Source: Rhodobacter sp. (GTDB lineage: Bacteria; Pseudomonadota; Alphaproteobacteria; Rhodobacterales; Rhodobacteraceae). From it: 49,245 nt of DNA. The translations under genes were made by a program, and so were the position numbers. The stretch covers positions 1-49,245 of the forward strand of contig JAJDOB010000145.1 of the NCBI GenBank assembly GCA_022340385.1, written 5' to 3'. The notes below the pieces were generated by a model. That model was not told the DNA's origin, searched no databases, and saw only the letters and a list, made by a program, of their open reading frames with translations. Positions 45,132 through 49,245 of the stretch are shown in pieces; positions within the stretch are counted from its first letter, which is position 1, and every line of letters starts with the position of its first letter.

Positions 45132-46271
45132 ATGGCGCTGGACGCCCGTCTGAATTCGCTGGGCTTTGCCAAGCCACCAGCCGAAACCCGCGTCGTGGTG
45201 GCGATGTCGGGCGGGGTCGATTCGTCCGTGGTGGCGGCGGAACTGGCGCGCGAAGGCTATGACGTGGTGGGCGTGACGCTGCAGCTTTATGACCACGGCG
45301 CTGCCTTGGCCAAAAAGGGAGCCTGCTGTGCGGGCCTCGATATCCACGACGCGCGCCGCGTCGCCGAGACGATGGGCTTTCCGCATTATGTTCTTGATTA
45401 TGAAAACATCTTCAAGGACGCGGTAATTGATGAATTTGCGGATTCCTATCTGGCCGGGGCAACCCCGGTTCCCTGCATTCGGTGTAATGAACGGGTGAAA
45501 TTCAAGGATTTGCTGGAAACCGCGAAAGACCTGGAGGCCGATTGCATGGCCACCGGGCATTACATCCAGCGCAAGCTGGGCACGGGCGGGCCTGAACTGC
45601 ATTCCGCCGCCGATGCCGCGCGCGACCAGTCCTATTTCCTGTTCTCGACCACGCCCGAACAACTGGCGTTCCTGCGCTTTCCGCTTGGGCACCTTGCCTC
45701 GAAGGCGGAAACCCGCGCATTGGCGGCGAGTCACGGACTAAGCGTCGCGGACAAGCCCGACAGCCAGGACATCTGTTTTGTGCCCAATGGCAACTACGCC
45801 GCGGTGATCGAGAAACTGCGCCCCGGCGCGGCAGAGCCCGGCGACATCGTGCATGTCGATGGCCGCACGCTGGGATCGCATGACGGCGTGATCCACTATA
45901 CCATAGGTCAGCGTCGCGGGCTGGGCATCGGCGGGCTTGAAGAGCCGCTGTATGTCGTGCGGCTGGACGTCGACGCGCACCGGGTGATTGTCGGCCCCAA
46001 GGAACTGCTTGCAACCCGGGTGGTTCCGGTGCGCGAAATCAACTGGCTGGGCGACGAACCGTTTACTTCGCGCGCCGAATGGCCGCTGGCGGTTAAGGTC
46101 CGCTCGACCCGGCCGCCGCGCGAGGCCGTGATCCGGCCCAGATCCGCGACCGAGGCCGAGGTGGAGCTTTTCGTTGCCGAGGAAGGCGTGTCGCCCGGGC
46201 AGGCCTGCGTGTTCTACGATCCGCACGGCAGCCGCATCTACGGCGGCGGCTGGATCTGGCGCGGCGCCTGA
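45132..46271 (+). CDS. mnmA: tRNA 2-thiouridine(34) synthase MnmA
   Basis: PP-loop [12 protein letters not shown], catalytic-Cys regions ...CCAGLD... and ...[13 protein letters not shown]..., and ...DQSYFL.... An AGGAG SD lies 6 nt before ATG at 45132; the track ORF from 45066 is too long. Confidence 0.93.
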   Translation: MALDARLNSLGFAKPPAETRVVVAMSGGVDSSVVAAELAREGYDVVGVTLQLYDHGAALAKKGACCAGLDIHDARRVAETMGFPHYVLDYENIFKDAVIDEFADSYLAGATPVPCIRCNERVKFKDLLETAKDLEADCMATGHYIQRKLGTGGPELHSAADAARDQSYFLFSTTPEQLAFLRFPLGHLASKAETRALAASHGLSVADKPDSQDICFVPNGNYAAVIEKLRPGAAEPGDIVHVDGRTLGSHDGVIHYTIGQRRGLGIGGLEEPLYVVRLDVDAHRVIVGPKELLATRVVPVREINWLGDEPFTSRAEWPLAVKVRSTRPPREAVIRPRSATEAEVELFVAEEGVSPGQACVFYDPHGSRIYGGGWIWRGA

Positions 46272-47449
46272 TTAACGCGGGCCGCCGTCGCCAGCCCGTC
46301 GAGCACCGCCCGCGCGGCGCGCAGCCCCGGGGCCTCTGCACCCTTGCCAAGCGCGCGCATTGTGTCGGTCATGGCGGCCAGTTGTGCGGCGCGCTTGTCC
46401 GGGTCGCCGATCAGGCCATTCAGCGCCCCGGCGATGGCATCGGGTTTGCAGGCCGGCCCCAGGAATTCCGGGACCGTGCGGGTGCCGCTGACCAGATTGA
46501 CCAGTGTGACCGTGTCGGTCTTCAGCATCCGGCTCATGATCTGCCAGCTTAGCCAGTTCATGTCATAGGCGATCACCATCGGCGTGCCCGCGGCCGCCAG
46601 TTCCAGACTGACCGTGCCGGAAGCGGCCAGCGCAAAATCCGCCGCAGCGAAGGCCGCGCGTTTTCGTGCGATTTCGGCCTGCGATGTCAGCCCGCGCGGA
46701 TCCAGAACCAGCCGCGCGCCGGGCCAGTTTGCCGTCGCCTCGATCACCGCGCTGGCCACGGGGGCGGCGGCGGGAACCACAACGCGGATTTCGGGATGTT
46801 GCGCAATCACCGGGCGCAGCGCCTCGCCGAACACCGGCGCCAGTCGCCCGACCTCGCCGCGGCGCGAGCCCGGCAGCACCAACAGGATGGGCGCAGCGGC
46901 TATGCCGGTATCGACGCGAAACTGTGCCACCTCGGCGGCGCTGGCCTGCGGTTCGGCGACCACCGGATGGCCGACGAAATCGCAGCGCATTCCGGCGGCC
47001 TGCATATAGGGTGGCTCGAACGGCAGCAGCGCCAGCACCTGGTCGATGCTTTTCGCCATCTTTTCGGCCCGCCCGGCGCGCCAGGCCCAGACCGACGGAG
47101 CGACATAATGCACGGTGCGCACATCGCTGGCGGCCTTGACCAGCCGCGCAACGCGCAGGCAGAAATCCGGCGAGTCGATGCTGATAAGCACGTCGGGTCT
47201 GGTGTCGGTGACGGCTTGCGCGGTTTCGCGGATCCGACGCTTGAGGTGGCGGTATTTCGGCAGCACCTCGGCAATGCCGAAAACGCTGAGTTCGTCCATC
47301 GGGAAACGACTGGTCAGCCCCTGTGCCTGCATCAACGCGCCGCCGATGCCGTCAAAGCTGATATCCGGTGTCAGGTCTTTCAGCCCCGCCATCAACGCCG
47401 CGCCCAGCTTGTCGCCAGAGGCTTCGCCCGCGATCAGGAAGACGCGCAT
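46238..47449 (-). CDS. lpxB: lipid-A-disaccharide synthase
   Basis: [20 protein letters not shown]..., ...[10 protein letters not shown]..., ...SGTVSLELA.... 403 aa. The lpxI stop overlaps the lpxB start (TGATG). Confidence 0.94.
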   Translation of the reverse strand: MRVFLIAGEASGDKLGAALMAGLKDLTPDISFDGIGGALMQAQGLTSRFPMDELSVFGIAEVLPKYRHLKRRIRETAQAVTDTRPDVLISIDSPDFCLRVARLVKAASDVRTVHYVAPSVWAWRAGRAEKMAKSIDQVLALLPFEPPYMQAAGMRCDFVGHPVVAEPQASAAEVAQFRVDTGIAAAPILLVLPGSRRGEVGRLAPVFGEALRPVIAQHPEIRVVVPAAAPVASAVIEATANWPGARLVLDPRGLTSQAEIARKRAAFAAADFALAASGTVSLELAAAGTPMVIAYDMNWLSWQIMSRMLKTDTVTLVNLVSGTRTVPEFLGPACKPDAIAGALNGLIGDPDKRAAQLAAMTDTMRALGKGAEAPGLRAARAVLDGLATAARVNQAPRQIQPPP

Positions 47450-48258
47450 CAGGGGCTCTGCGCCAGAAGGAACAGCCCGGCCGTTTCGGCGGCCTTCAAC
47501 GTTTCGGACCGATCCAGCAACAGCACTTCCCCCGCATTGATCACGATACCGGCCAGACCCGCGCTTGCGGCCGCATCCACCGTGCCGGGGCCGATGGCAG
47601 GCATGTCGATGCGCAGATCCTGACCGGGTTTCGGGGCCTTGACCAGCACGCCGCGCGTGCGGGCGCGCAATTTGTCAGGCGTGGCAGCGACAAACCCCAG
47701 CATCGCGTCGGTGCCTTGCGCGGTCTCGACGCCAAGCGCCTGCCCGTCCGCCACGACAGCGCCCTGGCCTACGTCCAGCGGACCAAGCGCCAACAGGATC
47801 GCGCGGGCGCGGTCGGCATCCGCTAGATCCGCCTGCGAGGGGTTCGGCCCGGCAAGCAATCCCGGTGCCGCCGTCAACCCCGCGACCAGTTCATGCGCGC
47901 CCTTCACGACAAAGCCCTCGGCCTCGAAGGCCGTGATCACCGCGCGCAAAAGCGCATCATCGCCGCCAGCCATCGCCGCCATGAAAGCCGGCGCAAGCTG
48001 CATCATCCTTGCGTCGAAATTGGCCGGGTTCAATGCCGGGCGCGCCAGGCTGCCGGCAAAGACCAACTCGGTCACTCCTGCGGCGCGCAATCCATCGAAC
48101 ATCTCGCCAAATCGTTCATACGATGTCTCTAAGGTCTGGTTTTGCGGCAGATCGACGGACAGTCCCTGAAAATGCACGAACAACGCGTCCGGATGTGCCG
48201 CCGCAATCATTTGCGGCAGCGCGCCCTGCCCGGCCAGGATCGCAAGCCGGGCCATCAC
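47449..48258 (-). CDS. lpxI: UDP-2,3-diacylglucosamine diphosphatase LpxI (DUF1009)
   Basis: ...LAILAGQGALP..., ...GPLDVGQGAVV..., ...GTDAML..., ...VLVKAPKPGQDLRIDMPAIG..., and the conserved alphaproteobacterial position between lpxA and lpxB. Confidence 0.88.
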   Translation of the reverse strand: MMARLAILAGQGALPQMIAAAHPDALFVHFQGLSVDLPQNQTLETSYERFGEMFDGLRAAGVTELVFAGSLARPALNPANFDARMMQLAPAFMAAMAGGDDALLRAVITAFEAEGFVVKGAHELVAGLTAAPGLLAGPNPSQADLADADRARAILLALGPLDVGQGAVVADGQALGVETAQGTDAMLGFVAATPDKLRARTRGVLVKAPKPGQDLRIDMPAIGPGTVDAAASAGLAGIVINAGEVLLLDRSETLKAAETAGLFLLAQSP

Positions 48259-49052
48259 CCCGGCGTCAGGAACGAGCGGTCGGTCGCGCCAAGCACGAAA
48301 TCGGTGACCTCGCGCACATATCCGCTTTCGGTCTCGTCGCTCAGCCGCTGGGCGCGGTCCTGAAACGTGCCCTCGCCCTGGGCCAGCATCTGATAGGCGG
48401 CGCGCAGCGCGGTAATGTCAGAGCGCGCCACGCCCTTGCGTTTCAGCCCGACCAGGTTCAGCCCGTCAAGCACCCCGCGCGGGCCCTGCACCAATCCGTG
48501 CGGAATCACGTCGTTGGTCACCATTGTCACCGCCCCGATGATCGCGCCGCGCCCGATGCGCACCCATTGATGGATGCCGGAAAGCCCGCCGATGATCACG
48601 TCATCGCCAACGATACAATGCCCCGCCAGCGCGGAATTATTCACCATGATGACCCGGTCACCGACCTGGCAATCATGCGCGACATGGGCCCCGGCCATGA
48701 ACAACCCGTCGTCGCCGACACGGGTCACACCACCGCCGCCCGAGGTGCCGGTGTTCATTGTGACACCCTCGCGGATGCGGTTGCGCGCGCCGACCACCAG
48801 CCGGGTTTTCTCGCCCCTGAATTTCAGATCCTGGGGCACCTCGCCGATACAGGCATGCGGGAACACCACGCTGCCCTCGCCGATCTCGGTGATACCGGTG
48901 ACGACCGCATGGCTCTTGATCTCGACATTCGCGGCAAGCGTCACCCTGGCGCCGATCAGGCTGAACGGCCCCACGACACAGCCCGCACCGACCACGGCAC
49001 CGGGTTCGACAACCGCGCTGGCGTGAATTGTCGCAGCGGCATCAACGCTCAT
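48255..49052 (-). CDS. lpxA: acyl-ACP--UDP-N-acetylglucosamine O-acyltransferase
   Basis: A hexapeptide-repeat beta-helix (IHASAVVEPGAVVGAGCVVGPFSLIG...) plus the C-terminal helical domain ...NLVGLKRKG.... Confidence 0.94.
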   Translation of the reverse strand: MSVDAAATIHASAVVEPGAVVGAGCVVGPFSLIGARVTLAANVEIKSHAVVTGITEIGEGSVVFPHACIGEVPQDLKFRGEKTRLVVGARNRIREGVTMNTGTSGGGGVTRVGDDGLFMAGAHVAHDCQVGDRVIMVNNSALAGHCIVGDDVIIGGLSGIHQWVRIGRGAIIGAVTMVTNDVIPHGLVQGPRGVLDGLNLVGLKRKGVARSDITALRAAYQMLAQGEGTFQDRAQRLSDETESGYVREVTDFVLGATDRSFLTPG

Positions 49053-49059
49053 CAGAGGA

Positions 49060-49245
49060 TCACGACGGCATGTCGATCATGGCGGTGAACTCCGCCTCGG
49101 CGGCGGCTTCGCCCCCAACTTCGGCCCGGCCCCTGAATTTCCAGATTTTCGAGCCGCCGCGCAGGGTTTCCACATGCAGCCTCAGCACGTCGCCCGGAAC
49201 CACCTTGCGGCGGAACTTGCAATTGTCGATGGCCATGAAATAGAT
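49060..49245 (-). CDS. fabZ: 3-hydroxyacyl-ACP dehydratase FabZ (C-terminal 61 aa; 5' part lies beyond the window end)
   Basis: Hand translation of the minus strand gives [61 protein letters not shown]. This is a hot-dog fold FabZ C-terminus upstream of lpxA. Confidence 0.85.
   Translation of the reverse strand: MYFMAIDNCKFRRKVVPGDVLRLHVETLRGGSKIWKFRGRAEVGGEAAAEAEFTAMIDMPS

Overview
High-GC (roughly 63-65% by eye) alphaproteobacterial chromosome. Gene content and synteny point to Rhodobacterales/Paracoccaceae: ctrA next to a DUF1153/sciP-like gene, fabZ-lpxA-lpxI-lpxB, and phoR-pstSCAB-phoU-phoB. The window is almost entirely core housekeeping: rpsB-tsf, the complete Pho/Pst locus, gmk/yicC, class II DAHP synthase, mfd, hemB, an Lrp-controlled arginase/ornithine cyclodeaminase pair, gyrA, trmFO/gluQ, hisI, ligA-recG, ctrA, mnmA and lipid A genes. 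I saw no rRNA, tRNA, CRISPR array, transposase, integrase or prophage. Most long ORFs in the six-frame track that lie antisense to these genes are GC-rich shadow ORFs. I found no large multi-gene novel system. The most interesting unexplained signals are small and regulatory. (1) An unannotated 40-aa tail-anchored membrane peptide downstream of recG sits behind a perfect alphaproteobacterial SOS box (GTTC-N7-GTTC) and has its own strong terminator; it is a candidate SidA/TisB-like SOS effector. (2) CtrA-type motifs (TTAACCAT, TTAAC-N6-[G/T]TAAC) cluster in the yicC/PAS-gene intergenic region, just after gyrA, and in the ctrA and sciP-like promoters. (3) A LuxR solo carries substitutions at AHL-contact positions and has a perfect 14-bp palindrome upstream. 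All functional calls come from reading the translations and motifs by eye; no database search was run.
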